DNA of 64,000 bases, from the IMG/VR virus record IMGVR_UViG_3300032327_000093, positions 5,215 to 69,214 of that record. The stretch is one strand, 5' to 3'. Made by a program: the position numbers and the translations under genes. Numbering within the stretch: position 1 is the stretch's first letter; every line of letters begins with the position of its first letter. Shown here in pieces: positions 44,683-56,127 of this stretch. This DNA comes from a virus. Taxonomy: Duplodnaviria; Heunggongvirae; Uroviricota; Caudoviricetes. Below the pieces are notes generated by a model, which was not told the origin of the DNA, made no database searches, and saw nothing but the letters and a program-made list of their open reading frames with translations.

Positions 44683-45551
44683 AACAATACTTAGATTTAT
44701 TGCGAGACATTTTAGATAACGGAGAAACAAAAGATGATAGAACTGGTACTGGGACTATTAGTGTGTTTGGACGTCACCTTCGCTTTGATTTGTGTAGGGG
44801 CTTTCCGTCCGTCACTACTAAAAAACTTGCTTGGAAAGCGTGTGTAGGTGAATTACTATGGTTCATCGAAGGTTCAGGAGATGAACGTAGACTAGCAGAA
44901 ATCACACATGGTGGAACAGGTGCAGTCACTATCTGGACACCTAATGCACATGCTCCTTATTGGAAACCTAAAGCAAAATTTGATGGTGACTTAGGTCGTG
45001 TCTACGGAGTACAGTGGCGTCAGTGGAATACAAATACTGTTAAGTGGATCAACTCTAGTGAATCACAATCAGTATATGTAGACCAGCTAGCTAATCTGAT
45101 CGAAGGACTAAAGAAAGATCCTAACGGTCGTAGACATATACTTACTGCATGGAACCCAGGTGAGTTAGATCAAATGGCATTGCCACCATGTCATGTGTTA
45201 TGTCAGTTCTATGTCAATAAGAATAAAGAACTATCTTGTCATATGTACCAGCGTAGTGTGGATGTGTTTCTTGGTTTACCTTTTAACATTGCTAGCTATG
45301 CGTTACTCACTCATTTGATAGCACAAGTATGCGATTTAGGTGTAGGTGAGTTAGTCATCAGTACAGGTGACACACATATCTATACCAATCATGTTGAACA
45401 AGTTGTAGAGCAGTTAAGCCGTGAACCATTATCATTACCTGTATTGAAACTTAATACAAGTATAAAATCTATTGAAGAATTCACAATGGATGATATTGAG
45501 TTAGTTGATTATAGTTGCCATACTGCTATCAAAGCTGATATGGCAGTATGA
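44679..45551 (+). CDS. thyA: thymidylate synthase (ThyA)
   Basis: [31 protein letters not shown]; catalytic LPPCH; [23 protein letters not shown]. Confidence 0.9.
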   Translation: [290 protein letters not shown]

Positions 45552-45793
45552 AGATAGTAGAGCGCATAGTACATACGATAACAATGGGGGATGTGGAAGA
45601 CCCTGACTTGTATATTGCTCATCCAATATATGAATGGCAAAAAACTGAAGCAGGACAATGGGTCATGGATAACGCAGTAGATACTCCAATATGGCATAGA
45701 ACTTCTGATGTTTTTAATTACGGTCATGTATATACCATAACAGCAAAACTAAAAGATATTGATTACACTTTTTTCAAATTGAAATTCCAATGA
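45548..45793 (+). CDS. hypothetical small protein
   Basis: ORF. Confidence 0.35.
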   Translation: MKIVERIVHTITMGDVEDPDLYIAHPIYEWQKTEAGQWVMDNAVDTPIWHRTSDVFNYGHVYTITAKLKDIDYTFFKLKFQ

Positions 45794-46779
45794 ATATATT
45801 AGTAACAGGCGGTCTGGGCTTTATCGGACACAATGTAGTAAAACGTTTATCAGAACAAGGACATACTACATCAATAATTGATAATAAAACCAATTACGGT
45901 ATCATTCCTCAAAGTGAGATTGACCATCTGATGGCTGAGCGAGAAAAGAAATTTATGTCACGTAACTTTACTGACACATTAAGTTTTATGTACGATAAAG
46001 ACATTTCAGATGCTAATGAAATGGATAACATTTTTAATATAGAACAGCCAGAGATTGTGATTCACATGGCTAGCTTCCCTAGACAGAAAGTTGTCAACGC
46101 AAACCCAGCATTAGGTAGTCGTACAATGAGTGAAGGACTACTCAATCTATTAGAAGCCAGTAATAATTACGATATTCGTAAGTTCATCTATATTAGTTCG
46201 TCTATGGTATATGGTGATTTTAATGATGATGTAAAGGAAGATTATGAATGCAAACCACAAGGACAATATGGAATACTCAAACTCGCGGGCGAATGGCTTG
46301 TTAAAGACTATACTCGCCGTACTAATCTTGTTCATACTATTATTCGCCCCAGTGCTGTTTATGGCCCACTTGACGCTGAAGACCGGGTCATCTCAAAATT
46401 CATGCTCACTGCAATGCGCGGCGGAGTGCTCCAAGTTAACGGACCGCACGAAACCCTAGACTTTACTTATGTAGATGATGCTGTGGATGGTATAGTTGCA
46501 GCAGCATTAAGCGACAACACAGAGAACAAGACTTACAATATCACAAAGAGCCATAGTGTCACATTATTAAAAGCTGCACAAATGGCATTAGAATTAGCCG
46601 GTGGTGGCCTCTTAGAGGTAAATCCTAAAGATAGTAATTATCCTAGTAGAGGGTCATTAAATATCGATGCGGCTAGACAAGACTTTAACTTTAATCCTAA
46701 AGTTGATGTGGGAGAAGGATTCCAAAACTATTACAACTGGTTGAAAAAATCAGAATACTATGCCAAAAATAACAACTGA
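45790..46779 (+). CDS. NAD-dependent sugar epimerase/dehydratase (SDR family)
   Basis: TGGLGFIGHNVV Rossmann motif; catalytic YGILK (YxxxK); 329 aa. Confidence 0.7.
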   Translation: MNILVTGGLGFIGHNVVKRLSEQGHTTSIIDNKTNYGIIPQSEIDHLMAEREKKFMSRNFTDTLSFMYDKDISDANEMDNIFNIEQPEIVIHMASFPRQKVVNANPALGSRTMSEGLLNLLEASNNYDIRKFIYISSSMVYGDFNDDVKEDYECKPQGQYGILKLAGEWLVKDYTRRTNLVHTIIRPSAVYGPLDAEDRVISKFMLTAMRGGVLQVNGPHETLDFTYVDDAVDGIVAAALSDNTENKTYNITKSHSVTLLKAAQMALELAGGGLLEVNPKDSNYPSRGSLNIDAARQDFNFNPKVDVGEGFQNYYNWLKKSEYYAKNNN

Positions 46780-46984
46780 ATTCGTAGTCAAGTGGGCAGC
46801 GACTGTATTTGCTTTAATAACTGTATATTTGACTAGTCACGATTTTATCCCTTACAATAAGTACATGGGAATAATGACCGCATTTCTATGGATGTGGTTG
46901 GGTTTCATGTGGAAGCAACCTAGCATGTGGGTATTAAACATAATTATGTTAGGATTATACATAAGTGGGTTGGTTTGGGGATAA
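46760..46984 (+). CDS. small multi-TM membrane protein (holin candidate)
   Basis: 74 aa with 2-3 hydrophobic helices; directly upstream of the spanin-like pair. Confidence 0.4.
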   Translation: MPKITTEFVVKWAATVFALITVYLTSHDFIPYNKYMGIMTAFLWMWLGFMWKQPSMWVLNIIMLGLYISGLVWG

Positions 46985-47454
46985 ATAGATGCATGTTCAT
47001 ACTACACTTTCTTCCTGATTTTGTAACTCATCTCATTCTCATTGCAGGAATATTAGGTACTATCGCTGGATTTGTTCTAGGTTTCATCCCCTTTATCAGA
47101 ACATATCAACTTCCTATACAGGTAATCAGTCTGTTATTGTTGAGTTTTGGACTTTATGTAGAGGGCGGACTAGCTAATGAACAATCTTGGCAACTAAAAG
47201 TCAAAGAAGTAGAAGCTAAACTAGCGACAAAAGAAGCGGTAAGTCAAGAAAAAAATGTAGAGATTATAGAAAAAGTAGTCACCAAGACTGAATATATAAA
47301 GACCAAAGGTCAAGATATCATAAAATATGTTGATAAGGAAGTAGTAAAAGACAACGAAGTGATAAAGTATGTCGAGATTTGTCCTGCTATTCCTCAAGTG
47401 ATATTAAAATCAATCAATGATGCAGCAACTATACCGCATGAGGCGACAAAATGA
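46927..47454 (+). CDS. i-spanin-like protein (N-terminal TM segments + periplasmic coiled-coil); alternative start ATG 46993
   Basis: TM helices then KVKEVEAKLATKEAVSQEKNVEIIEKVV coiled-coil; ATGA overlap with the downstream lipoprotein. Confidence 0.45.
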   Translation: MGIKHNYVRIIHKWVGLGINRCMFILHFLPDFVTHLILIAGILGTIAGFVLGFIPFIRTYQLPIQVISLLLLSFGLYVEGGLANEQSWQLKVKEVEAKLATKEAVSQEKNVEIIEKVVTKTEYIKTKGQDIIKYVDKEVVKDNEVIKYVEICPAIPQVILKSINDAATIPHEATK

Positions 47455-47741
47455 GATTAATTAAATTATTTGTGTTGGTAATATTGATAATATTAGCATT
47501 CTTGATAACAGGATGTTCTACCCCTGTACCATTGACACCTAGATTCCCCGAAGCACCTGCTACTTTATTAAAAGGTTGTCCTAAGCAACTAGAAACTATT
47601 GAGGGTGATAATGTCACAATCGTAGATTTCACTAAGACTGTAGTCAAAAACTATGGCACTTACCACGAATGTGCTAGTAAATATGACAGCTGGATCGAAT
47701 GGTACCATACTCAGAAGAAATTATGGGATGAATCTAACTAA
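47451..47741 (+). CDS. o-spanin-like outer-membrane lipoprotein (lipobox LITG-C, Pro-rich)
   Basis: MRLIKLFVLVILIILAFLITGCSTPVPLTPRFPEAP. Confidence 0.5.
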   Translation: MRLIKLFVLVILIILAFLITGCSTPVPLTPRFPEAPATLLKGCPKQLETIEGDNVTIVDFTKTVVKNYGTYHECASKYDSWIEWYHTQKKLWDESN

Positions 47742-47782
47742 TCCAAAATAGTGATAAATACACTATAGTTTAGGATTTAGAT

Positions 47783-48322
47783 ATGACACAAGAAATAATC
47801 AATGTAGGTGCTCAACCTAACGACGGCGAAGGTGATCCGTTACGCACGGCCTTTCAGAAAATCAATAACAATTTCACTCAATTATACAGTACTGGATTCT
47901 TTACTTCAAAAGCATATTCTACCGGACTTACAGCAGGTCAAATCATTTTTGTATCGCCGGTAGAAACATTTACTCAAGGCATTATTCAAATTAATTCTAA
48001 TGATACGAACTCAACTGATACTGAGAATATCACATTAAATGTGTCGGTAATCAACGACGGTAGTGGATTAAAATGGAACGGACATAACACATTATTCAAT
48101 GGCAACGTACTAACTGATTATGATATGGATATAATCGATTCTAATGTTTGTATTTTAGTTAATCCATTGATAGATACAACGATGCTTCATTTTATATCAG
48201 CACAGATTACATGGACAGGAATTCCTGTGGCCGGATATTATCTCGAAACTAATGCTTCAAATAAACTCATTGAGACAGAAAATGAAATTCTTTTAGAGAC
48301 TGAGAATGACATACTAGTATGA
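47783..48322 (+). CDS. short tail-fibre-like protein (conserved phage fibre N-terminal motif)
   Basis: INVGAQPNDGEGDPLRTAFQKINNNFTQLY matches the widespread GDxLRxAFxKxNxNF tail-fibre N-terminal box. Confidence 0.45.
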   Translation: MTQEIINVGAQPNDGEGDPLRTAFQKINNNFTQLYSTGFFTSKAYSTGLTAGQIIFVSPVETFTQGIIQINSNDTNSTDTENITLNVSVINDGSGLKWNGHNTLFNGNVLTDYDMDIIDSNVCILVNPLIDTTMLHFISAQITWTGIPVAGYYLETNASNKLIETENEILLETENDILV

Positions 48323-48711
48323 GAGCAAAAGAATTTGTAACTGAGGGTAGGACAGGAACAATCACCCGTGATGTTGGATTAGCATTACCAGGTGCGTTTA
48401 AGATTCCTGCACTTAAGAATCAAGACCCTTACTTACAATATCGTTTTGGTGTAGCGATTGCAGGTGCTAAAGGTGCAAGTCAACGTGCCCAAGATGGGGT
48501 ACCAAGTTTTGACGGTAAAGAATCAGTATTTGGTGAGAATGAAATTGTAGTAAGTTATGATCCTAAAGCTGAAATATGGATCAAAGATGCATTGCGTTCT
48601 ATGGGTATGCCACCAAGTGATGCAGTACGTATTGGTACTCAAGCTAGCGAAGAAGCACCTGATGTAGATAAAATTAGCCCAGTGAGAGGCTTCAAAGGAT
48701 ATCCAAAATGA
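48319..48711 (+). CDS. small protein with CTS-like N-terminus (MRAKEFVTEG), paralog of 48708-49082
   Basis: Shared N-terminal decapeptide and C-terminal ...FKGYPK / ...FKGYKRK. Confidence 0.45.
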   Translation: MRAKEFVTEGRTGTITRDVGLALPGAFKIPALKNQDPYLQYRFGVAIAGAKGASQRAQDGVPSFDGKESVFGENEIVVSYDPKAEIWIKDALRSMGMPPSDAVRIGTQASEEAPDVDKISPVRGFKGYPK

Positions 48712-49082
48712 GAGCCAGTGAGTTTTTAACTGAAGGTGAGGGTAAGATGCATCACAATCATAGTCAAGCCACACAGGGTGTTTATAAAAGCCGTGATATT
48801 GGTGGTTATGACCGCATCTACCACTTGAATCGTCTAATGATGGCTATGGGTATGGCAGACGGCAAGAGTAAAGATGCAGTTGAAATGGATAATTCAAGTT
48901 TTGCTGAAAAGTATAACACAGTTCATCCATATACCGAAGAAGAACATAACATGTTTATATCGGCTACAAAGACTATTCCAACTGATAAAAAGAATGTTGT
49001 TCCATACTCAAAGAGTAAAGAACCTGAAGATACAAATACACAAAGTTTAGTTAAACCATTCAAAGGTTACAAAAGAAAATAA
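48708..49082 (+). CDS. small protein with CTS-like N-terminus (MRASEFLTEG), paralog of 48319-48711
   Basis: As above. Confidence 0.45.
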   Translation: MRASEFLTEGEGKMHHNHSQATQGVYKSRDIGGYDRIYHLNRLMMAMGMADGKSKDAVEMDNSSFAEKYNTVHPYTEEEHNMFISATKTIPTDKKNVVPYSKSKEPEDTNTQSLVKPFKGYKRK

Positions 49083-49134
49083 TCAATCATCACATTCCTA
49101 GAATAAGTAATTATATCAAATTATAGGAATCTTA

Positions 49135-49836
49135 ATGATAATCGATATTAACCAAACACTTGACCTAGTCAAATTAAAATTCTACAACGAATGGTTGTAT
49201 ACTGCTCACATCTACGATGAGGGCAATAGTCAAATGCATTCGTCATTGACTAAATCAGTGGTTGAACAATACATTGACCCACTAAATCTAAAGAAAGATA
49301 GCAAGATACTAGATTTAGGATGTGGCCCTGGTTACTTCCTAGATGAAATGAAGTCTAGAGGTTATACTGATTTGACTGGTGTAACATTAAGTCCCGGTGA
49401 TATCAAAATCTGTGAAGATAAAGGTCATACAATCAAGAAATATGATTTAAGTTTCATCCCACAAAAAGATGGATACCATGATGAAAGCGTAGATTTTATC
49501 TTCTTGCGTCATGCACTAGAACATAGTCCATATCCTATCTTTAGTTTGATGGAATATAATCGTATACTTAAGCAGTTCGGTAAGATATACATCGAAGTTC
49601 CTGCACCCGATACTGAAAGACAGCATGAATTTAACCTAAATCACTATAGTATTTTAGGTAAGAATCAACTAGCAGCATTGATTACACGTACTGGATTCAA
49701 CATTGATTTGTTTCAAAACTTTGAATTTGACATTGAATTTCCTAATGATGCAGATCCAGAGGGTGAAAAGAAAAAAGCAAGAGAGCATTTTTACTGTATC
49801 GTTGCTACTAAGCAAAGACCATTAGATATCAAATAA
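49135..49836 (+). CDS. class-I SAM-dependent methyltransferase (substrate unknown)
   Basis: Motif I ILDLGCGPGYF; post-I acidic residue; VDFIFLRHALEH; no DPPY/PCQ DNA-methyltransferase motifs. Confidence 0.55.
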   Translation: MIIDINQTLDLVKLKFYNEWLYTAHIYDEGNSQMHSSLTKSVVEQYIDPLNLKKDSKILDLGCGPGYFLDEMKSRGYTDLTGVTLSPGDIKICEDKGHTIKKYDLSFIPQKDGYHDESVDFIFLRHALEHSPYPIFSLMEYNRILKQFGKIYIEVPAPDTERQHEFNLNHYSILGKNQLAALITRTGFNIDLFQNFEFDIEFPNDADPEGEKKKAREHFYCIVATKQRPLDIK

Positions 49837-49907
49837 GTATCTTAAGATAAATACTCTCTATATGAGAGTATTTTTATGGGTATCCATAAAGTACAGTAAA
49901 GGAACAA

Positions 49908-50197
49908 TTATGAAACCCAGCGAGATATTACGCAGTTTAGCAGATATGCTAGATGCAAAATCACAAGAACAGTCTACGGAACTAGCACAACAACCGGACG
50001 ATTTGTTTGTTCCGCCATTGCAACTTAAACTAGAATTGCTTAAAAAAGCTACAGATGTAGAGAATATCTATAGTGATGAGGAAAAAGAACAACAAGCAGC
50101 TAATTCTTATGATGAATTAGCAATGATTAAACGTAATGCTGGACTCAATCCAGTAGTATTAGATGCGCTCGGTGATGACGAACCATTAGATGTTTAA
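49908..50197 (+). CDS. hypothetical acidic small protein (start ATG 49908 with RBS aaaggaacaattATG)
   Basis: The ORF-track start 49862 precedes the RBS, so the internal start was preferred. Confidence 0.35.
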
Positions 50198-50206
50198 GGA
50201 CTTGTT

Positions 50207-53200
50207 ATGAGCGGTGCAACAGGTCCATTCATTCAGAAATTATTTACCAGTCGTGATAACTTTGTAGGTGCCAGCGGTGCATCTGGAGTAGCAACATACG
50301 TTGGTCAAGAAGGTCGTATCTGGTGGGATCCAGTACGTAACAATTTCTACTACAGCGACGGTGAAACAGAGGGCGGCATATTAATCGGTAGTGGCGGTGG
50401 CGGGGGTTCAACTGGTGCTACAGGCGTACAGGGAACTACAGGATCTACTGGTGCTACAGGCTATGTAGGAACAACCGGTGCTACAGGAGCGACTGGTGTA
50501 GTTGGTACTACTGGTGCTACGGGAGCGACTGGATATATAGGAACAACGGGTGCTACTGGCGCAGCAGGTGTTAATGGTGCTACTGGAGCAACAGGCGCAG
50601 CAGGTGTTAATGGTGCCACTGGCGCTACTGGAGCAACTGGATATATAGGAACAACGGGTGCAACTGGCGCAGCAGGTGTTGATGGTGCTACCGGAGCAAC
50701 AGGCGCAGCAGGTGTAAATGGAGCAACTGGTGCTACTGGACCAGTAGCAGGAAGTAATACACAAGTTATATTCAACAATAACAACACGGCAGGAGCTAGT
50801 GCTAACTTAACATTTAATACTGACACCAACTTATTGAATGTTACTGGTAATGTGTCAGCAAATAATATTACAGCTAACACATTGATAGCTGCCACTAATG
50901 GTAATCTTTATGTTACTGGCAATATATTACCAACATCAGGTTCATATAATTTAGGACTGTTATCTACTCCGTGGGCTAATGCTTTCTTTGGACCACAGTC
51001 TATCACAATTACTGACAATACAAGTAATCTAGCTAATACAGTTACAATTGAAAATATCGCTGCTAATATCACAATGGGTACAGCAGGATTTAATATTGTT
51101 AAACTTGGCACAGCAAATTCAATATTCCGTATTGAAGCATTAACTGGACAGATTTTTTCTTTCGCAAAAACTATTATTGAAAATGATACAGAAAGTAGTA
51201 ACACTACTAGCGGTTCACTACAAGCAGCAGGTGGCGCAGGTATTGCTAAGAATCTTTATGTTGGTGGAAATATATATGGTGAGGGTAGTACACTTAGCAA
51301 TGTTGTAACTTATGTAACTACTGGTGTAGGGTTAACAGGTGGTGGTACAGGCAACATTGGTATAGATGCTACTGGTGTAACAAGTGTTGCCGGTACTGCT
51401 AATCAAGTGTATGTTAATGGTAATGTCTCTGGTGGAAATGCCAATGGCGCAGTTACACTAACACTACCACAAAATATAGATAGTGGTGCAACATTATCGT
51501 TTGCTAACTTAACAGTCACTGGTACATTGGTGGCAAATAACTTCACAACATCTGGCAACAGTATCGTACATGATAAGATATTAAATCTAGCATACGATTC
51601 AACTAGTAACAGTCAAATCAATGGCGGTGGTATTATTCTTGGTAATATCAGTGATCCATACACTGTAAGTATATTATATGACTTGCCAAACAACGCCTGG
51701 AACACAGACGGTGCTGGATTAACAACAAATGACTTAAAAGCAGCAAATGCTAATATTGATTTCTTGTATGTTCAAAACGGTGGACATTTTGGTTTAGTAA
51801 ATGAACAATTAGATTATCCAAACGCATATGTTCAAGTAGATAGTAATGTTAATAGTTACAGCCAAATTGTAAGTCAAAATCATAGTCCCGGTACACAAGC
51901 ATCAACTGACTTAGTTTTAGTAAATGATATAGGTGACGATGGCAATCACTATATTGATATGGGTATCAACAGTAGCAACTATGCTAATGCTGCTTTTAGC
52001 AGTACGGGACCAAATGACGGATACTTGTTTGTAAATCAAGGCAATTTAGTTATTGGTACAGATACTCCTGGACAAGTAGTTAACTTTGTTGCAGGCGGAA
52101 CAACAAGCGACAATGTTCACCTAACTATTAGTGATACTGATACTACTATTAAAGGAAATGTAATCGTTACTGATGGCAGTGACAATACTATTTTCCAAAT
52201 GAAAACAGATGGTAATCTGATTTGGGGCGGTGGTAGTACTGGTATTAGCTTGAACGGCGGTTTCTTTGTTAGTACTGTTAACACTAGTGATGGTACCGGT
52301 AACATTGTTACATACAATGGTAGCCAAATGCAGTATGGTCCTCAACTAAAAGACTATAATGGTAACCTGCAAGCAAATAATTTCACTAGTAATTCTATCA
52401 CTAGTAATGCGACTGTTAATTTTGCTAATACTAATAATGTAACACTAGGTAACATAGGCAATTTACACATCGCAGGTGGTTCAGCAAACTATGTATTGAG
52501 AACAGACGGAGCAGGTAATCTAAGTTGGGTTATTCCAAATTCAGGAGCAACGGGTCCTACGGGAGCAACTGGTGCTGCCGGTACGAATGGTACAACAGGT
52601 GCAACAGGTTATCGTGGATCAACAGGTGCTACAGGTGCTACAGGCTATACAGGTAGTACTGGAGCAACAGGCGCAACAGGCGTTGCAGGTACAAATGGAG
52701 CAACTGGTGCAACAGGCGCAGCAGGCTCTAATGGATCAAATGGTGCTACTGGTGCGACAGGATATATAGGTACAACTGGCGCCACTGGTGCGACTGGTGT
52801 AATAGGTACCACAGGCGCAACAGGCGCTACAGGATACATTGGTACTACAGGAGCAACCGGTGCTACAGGAACGATAGGTAGTACTGGTGCAACAGGTGCT
52901 ACAGGGTATCTTGGTGCTACAGGGGCAACGGGCGCTACTGGTCCAATAGCAGGTAGTAATACACAAATCATATTCAATGACTCAAATAGTCCAAATGGTA
53001 GTGCTAACTTAACATTTAATAAATCAACTAATGTATTAACTGTCAACGGAAATATTTCAACAACAAACTTTACAGCCGCAGGTACATCTAATTTGGGTAA
53101 TGTTGGCAATGTCTTTATAACCGGCGGTAGTGCTAATAATATTCTACTAACTAATGGTTCTGGAAATCTATCTTGGTCTAGTATCAGTACGGTTAACGGT

Positions 53201-53722
53201 GTAGGTGGCAATCAACTAGTCTATGTGTTAAATGCTTCATACAGTTTAACCAGTCTCAAGAACACTCTACAGAGTTTGTTTGGATTGACTAATGGTGTCA
53301 CACTAGCATCAAACACACGCTATCAATATGATTTGGTGTTTAACATGCAATTTAGCAAAACAGGTATATTGACTTATGCATTAGCTTTGGGTAGTGGTGT
53401 AGCTGTAGCACAACACAACTATCAAGCAGAAGCTAGCCAAAACAATACTTTGACTGGATATGCTGCTGGTATTACCATGATGAGTCAAAATGCTACAGGC
53501 GCCACAATTACCACTGGTACAGCTATAGGTGACACACTCAACGGATATGGTCACTATGTGGTGCGTGGAACGATTGATGTAACGACTGGTGGCAATGTCA
53601 ACTTTATGGTAAGTCAAGATCAAAATACTCCTATTACTTGGAGTACTTTAACTGGATCTTATATTAAATTGTTACCTTTAGGTGCTATTGGTGCTAACAC
53701 AGCAGCCGGAACTTGGTCATAA
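50207..53722 (+). CDS. collagen-like (Gly-X-Y) tail-fibre protein, 1171 aa
   Basis: Two long GATGATGxxGxTG collagen tracts, each followed by PxAGSNTQxIFN...ANLTFN and [24 protein letters not shown] modules; RBS. Confidence 0.75.
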   Translation: MSGATGPFIQKLFTSRDNFVGASGASGVATYVGQEGRIWWDPVRNNFYYSDGETEGGILIGSGGGGGSTGATGVQGTTGSTGATGYVGTTGATGATGVVGTTGATGATGYIGTTGATGAAGVNGATGATGAAGVNGATGATGATGYIGTTGATGAAGVDGATGATGAAGVNGATGATGPVAGSNTQVIFNNNNTAGASANLTFNTDTNLLNVTGNVSANNITANTLIAATNGNLYVTGNILPTSGSYNLGLLSTPWANAFFGPQSITITDNTSNLANTVTIENIAANITMGTAGFNIVKLGTANSIFRIEALTGQIFSFAKTIIENDTESSNTTSGSLQAAGGAGIAKNLYVGGNIYGEGSTLSNVVTYVTTGVGLTGGGTGNIGIDATGVTSVAGTANQVYVNGNVSGGNANGAVTLTLPQNIDSGATLSFANLTVTGTLVANNFTTSGNSIVHDKILNLAYDSTSNSQINGGGIILGNISDPYTVSILYDLPNNAWNTDGAGLTTNDLKAANANIDFLYVQNGGHFGLVNEQLDYPNAYVQVDSNVNSYSQIVSQNHSPGTQASTDLVLVNDIGDDGNHYIDMGINSSNYANAAFSSTGPNDGYLFVNQGNLVIGTDTPGQVVNFVAGGTTSDNVHLTISDTDTTIKGNVIVTDGSDNTIFQMKTDGNLIWGGGSTGISLNGGFFVSTVNTSDGTGNIVTYNGSQMQYGPQLKDYNGNLQANNFTSNSITSNATVNFANTNNVTLGNIGNLHIAGGSANYVLRTDGAGNLSWVIPNSGATGPTGATGAAGTNGTTGATGYRGSTGATGATGYTGSTGATGATGVAGTNGATGATGAAGSNGSNGATGATGYIGTTGATGATGVIGTTGATGATGYIGTTGATGATGTIGSTGATGATGYLGATGATGATGPIAGSNTQIIFNDSNSPNGSANLTFNKSTNVLTVNGNISTTNFTAAGTSNLGNVGNVFITGGSANNILLTNGSGNLSWSSISTVNGVGGNQLVYVLNASYSLTSLKNTLQSLFGLTNGVTLASNTRYQYDLVFNMQFSKTGILTYALALGSGVAVAQHNYQAEASQNNTLTGYAAGITMMSQNATGATITTGTAIGDTLNGYGHYVVRGTIDVTTGGNVNFMVSQDQNTPITWSTLTGSYIKLLPLGAIGANTAAGTWS

Positions 53723-53723
53723 A

Positions 53724-53999
53724 ATGTTCGACCCATTCAAGCAAGCTAAAATTCAAAACGGTTATTCTAAACTCAAGGACGTAAAACTCCCTGAGAAGGA
53801 TATGACATTAGATGAATTAAAACGATTGAGTGGGTCTGGTCAAATCACAGGCGAATATTCATACACTCCACTACATGAATTAGCACAAAAGAAACAACAA
53901 TATATGCGTGAGAATAACATCAAGCCAGGTGATCAGGCCTGGTTCAAACTGATGTTCGCTAAAACACATCTGACAGGTGAAGATCCGTTTTCTAAGTAA
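53724..53999 (+). CDS. hypothetical small protein between the fibre genes (possible fibre assembly/chaperone)
   Basis: ATG one nt after the fibre stop. Confidence 0.35.
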   Translation: MFDPFKQAKIQNGYSKLKDVKLPEKDMTLDELKRLSGSGQITGEYSYTPLHELAQKKQQYMRENNIKPGDQAWFKLMFAKTHLTGEDPFSK

Positions 54000-54013
54000 T
54001 TCTCATTAAATAT

Positions 54014-54036
54014 AGACCTAAACATACGGTCTTTTC
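54014..54036 (+). terminator. hairpin agacc-taaacatac-ggtct + TTTC (terminator-like)
   Basis: After the stop of 53724-53999. Confidence 0.35.
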
Positions 54037-54076
54037 ATGCCCATTATTGATAAATACAAGAATAAAAGGATAAGTA

Positions 54077-56125
54077 ATGGCAATACCTAAAATTACAGAG
54101 TTACCTAGTAGTGCAGTAAAGATAACAGAGTTACCTGATATAGGTAACAATATAGCGACTGATACTTTATTACCAGTGGTCAATATGGCTGGTACTCCAA
54201 CAACACAAAAAGCCAATGTACAAATCACAGGTAATTTGATTTTGTCTGGTGCAGGTGGCGCAAACTTTGTACCTGCAGCCGTATCTCAACTAGCATACAC
54301 AGTATCAAATGCAGCACAACCAAACATAACTAGCGTAGGTAATCTCACAGGACTAACAATATCAAATATTGGCAATTTTCATGTACCGGGTGGATATGTT
54401 GGGTATGTTTTACAAACAGACGGCAATGGTAATCTAAGTTGGGCTAACTTGGGTGCTACTGGTATGACTGGAGATCAAGGTAGTACAGGTGCTACAGGAT
54501 TGACAGGTAGTACAGGATTGACAGGCAGTACAGGTGCATCAGGTGTTCAAGGAGCTACAGGTGGTATAGGATTCCAAGGTGCTACTGGATTAGGTAGTAC
54601 AGGTGCAACAGGTAATATAGGGTCAACCGGCGCAACTGGAACTATAGGTAGTACTGGTAACACAGGTGCTACTGGATTAGTAGGTAGTACTGGTGCATCA
54701 GGTACATTAGGTAGTACAGGTGCAACAGGTCATATAGGATCAACCGGTGCTACTGGAGCAGTAGGTAGTACTGGTGACACTGGTGCTACAGGTACATTAG
54801 GTAGTACAGGTGCAACAGGTCATATAGGATCAACCGGTGCCACAGGTGCTCAAGGTGCAACCGGTGGTATAGGATTTCAAGGAGCGACCGGTGCAGGTGC
54901 CACTGGTGCAACTGGGGCAACAGGAGCAATAGGCAGCACTGGTGCAATGGGTAGCACAGGATTAACAGGAGCTACTGGTATAGGGTCAACAGGCCCAAGT
55001 GGTTCAACTGGTTCTACAGGTGCAACAGGTGATCAAGGCATAGTCGCTCAATCTACTGCTCCAGTGGATCACAATATATTGTGGCTTGATACTAGTATTG
55101 CGGGAGTACAAGGAGTAGGCAGTACAGGGGCCACAGGGGCTATAGGAGCTACTGGTAGTAACGGAACACATGGTGCTACAGGTGCAACGGGTGCAGGAGC
55201 AACAGGTGCGACAGGTATAGCAGGCACTAATGGCAGCACAGGCGCAACAGGTAGTAACGGAACAAATGGTTCTACCGGAGCGACTGGTAGTTTTAGTGGT
55301 AATCTAACAGCTAATGTCAATGGTAATGGTTTCAGTATTAGTAATGTAGCTAACATTACTGCGAATAACTTCAGTGGTAACATCACTATCACAGGCAATG
55401 TTACTGGTACAAGTCCTAATGTTACACTAGTTGCTGGTAGTTATAGTTATGTCTTTGACAACACTGGTAACTTTACATTGCCAGCTAATAGTGATATTCT
55501 TATGGCTGGTGTTAATAGTGTATTGTCAGCCAACGGAACTACACTATTAGGTGGATACTCACAAGTTGGAGGATCTTACTCAACATTGGGTGTCAAATAT
55601 CCAGGTGCTGGCACTCAATTTGGTATAACCCTGCAACCTACTAATGATAACACCACAGCCATACAGTTCCTTAATGCCGCAGGCAGCAATATAGGTAAAA
55701 TTGATCAGACATCATCAACTGTTAAATTTATAGGTGATGGCAGTCAACTTTCAAATGTTGCTACTACTACAACAGGTAGTTGGACACTGACTGCCGGTAC
55801 TAACACAGTAAGTCTCTCAGTACCAATAAACGGTACTTACTCAATATGGGTTAGAGGAAATATTCCAAATGGTATTGTTACATATACTGCTACAGTAGTT
55901 GTTACAAATACCAATGTTCCGGTATTAGGTAGTAGTTATGGTTGGTATTATGCAGCAGGTAATGCATTAGTGCTTACAGCAATACCTGCACAGATTGTTG
56001 GAACTTTGAACAATATTAGTAATGCTGTAGTTAGTACTACAACTGCAAATGTATTTACATTTGGAATTACAAACAATAGTGGAACTAGTCAAACTGTAAA
56101 TTACGGTTATACTAAATTAGGATAA
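54077..56125 (+). CDS. collagen-like tail-fibre protein, 682 aa
   Basis: GSTGATG collagen tract (~250 aa); [24 protein letters not shown] module; RBS ataaaaggataagtaATG. Confidence 0.7.
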   Translation: MAIPKITELPSSAVKITELPDIGNNIATDTLLPVVNMAGTPTTQKANVQITGNLILSGAGGANFVPAAVSQLAYTVSNAAQPNITSVGNLTGLTISNIGNFHVPGGYVGYVLQTDGNGNLSWANLGATGMTGDQGSTGATGLTGSTGLTGSTGASGVQGATGGIGFQGATGLGSTGATGNIGSTGATGTIGSTGNTGATGLVGSTGASGTLGSTGATGHIGSTGATGAVGSTGDTGATGTLGSTGATGHIGSTGATGAQGATGGIGFQGATGAGATGATGATGAIGSTGAMGSTGLTGATGIGSTGPSGSTGSTGATGDQGIVAQSTAPVDHNILWLDTSIAGVQGVGSTGATGAIGATGSNGTHGATGATGAGATGATGIAGTNGSTGATGSNGTNGSTGATGSFSGNLTANVNGNGFSISNVANITANNFSGNITITGNVTGTSPNVTLVAGSYSYVFDNTGNFTLPANSDILMAGVNSVLSANGTTLLGGYSQVGGSYSTLGVKYPGAGTQFGITLQPTNDNTTAIQFLNAAGSNIGKIDQTSSTVKFIGDGSQLSNVATTTTGSWTLTAGTNTVSLSVPINGTYSIWVRGNIPNGIVTYTATVVVTNTNVPVLGSSYGWYYAAGNALVLTAIPAQIVGTLNNISNAVVSTTTANVFTFGITNNSGTSQTVNYGYTKLG

Positions 56126-56127
56126 TT

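Noticed and set aside
50408-50895. Long minus-strand ORFs (Cys/Ser/Thr-rich or Pro/Ala/Val-rich) overlapping the fibre genes. The same pattern occurs at 52645-53211, 55069-55398, 57017-57385 and 60188-60823.
   Set aside because: They are reverse-complement readings of the GGT-GCn-ACn collagen-encoding repeats. The low-complexity repeat keeps all frames open. The plus-strand Gly-X-Y frame is the real gene.
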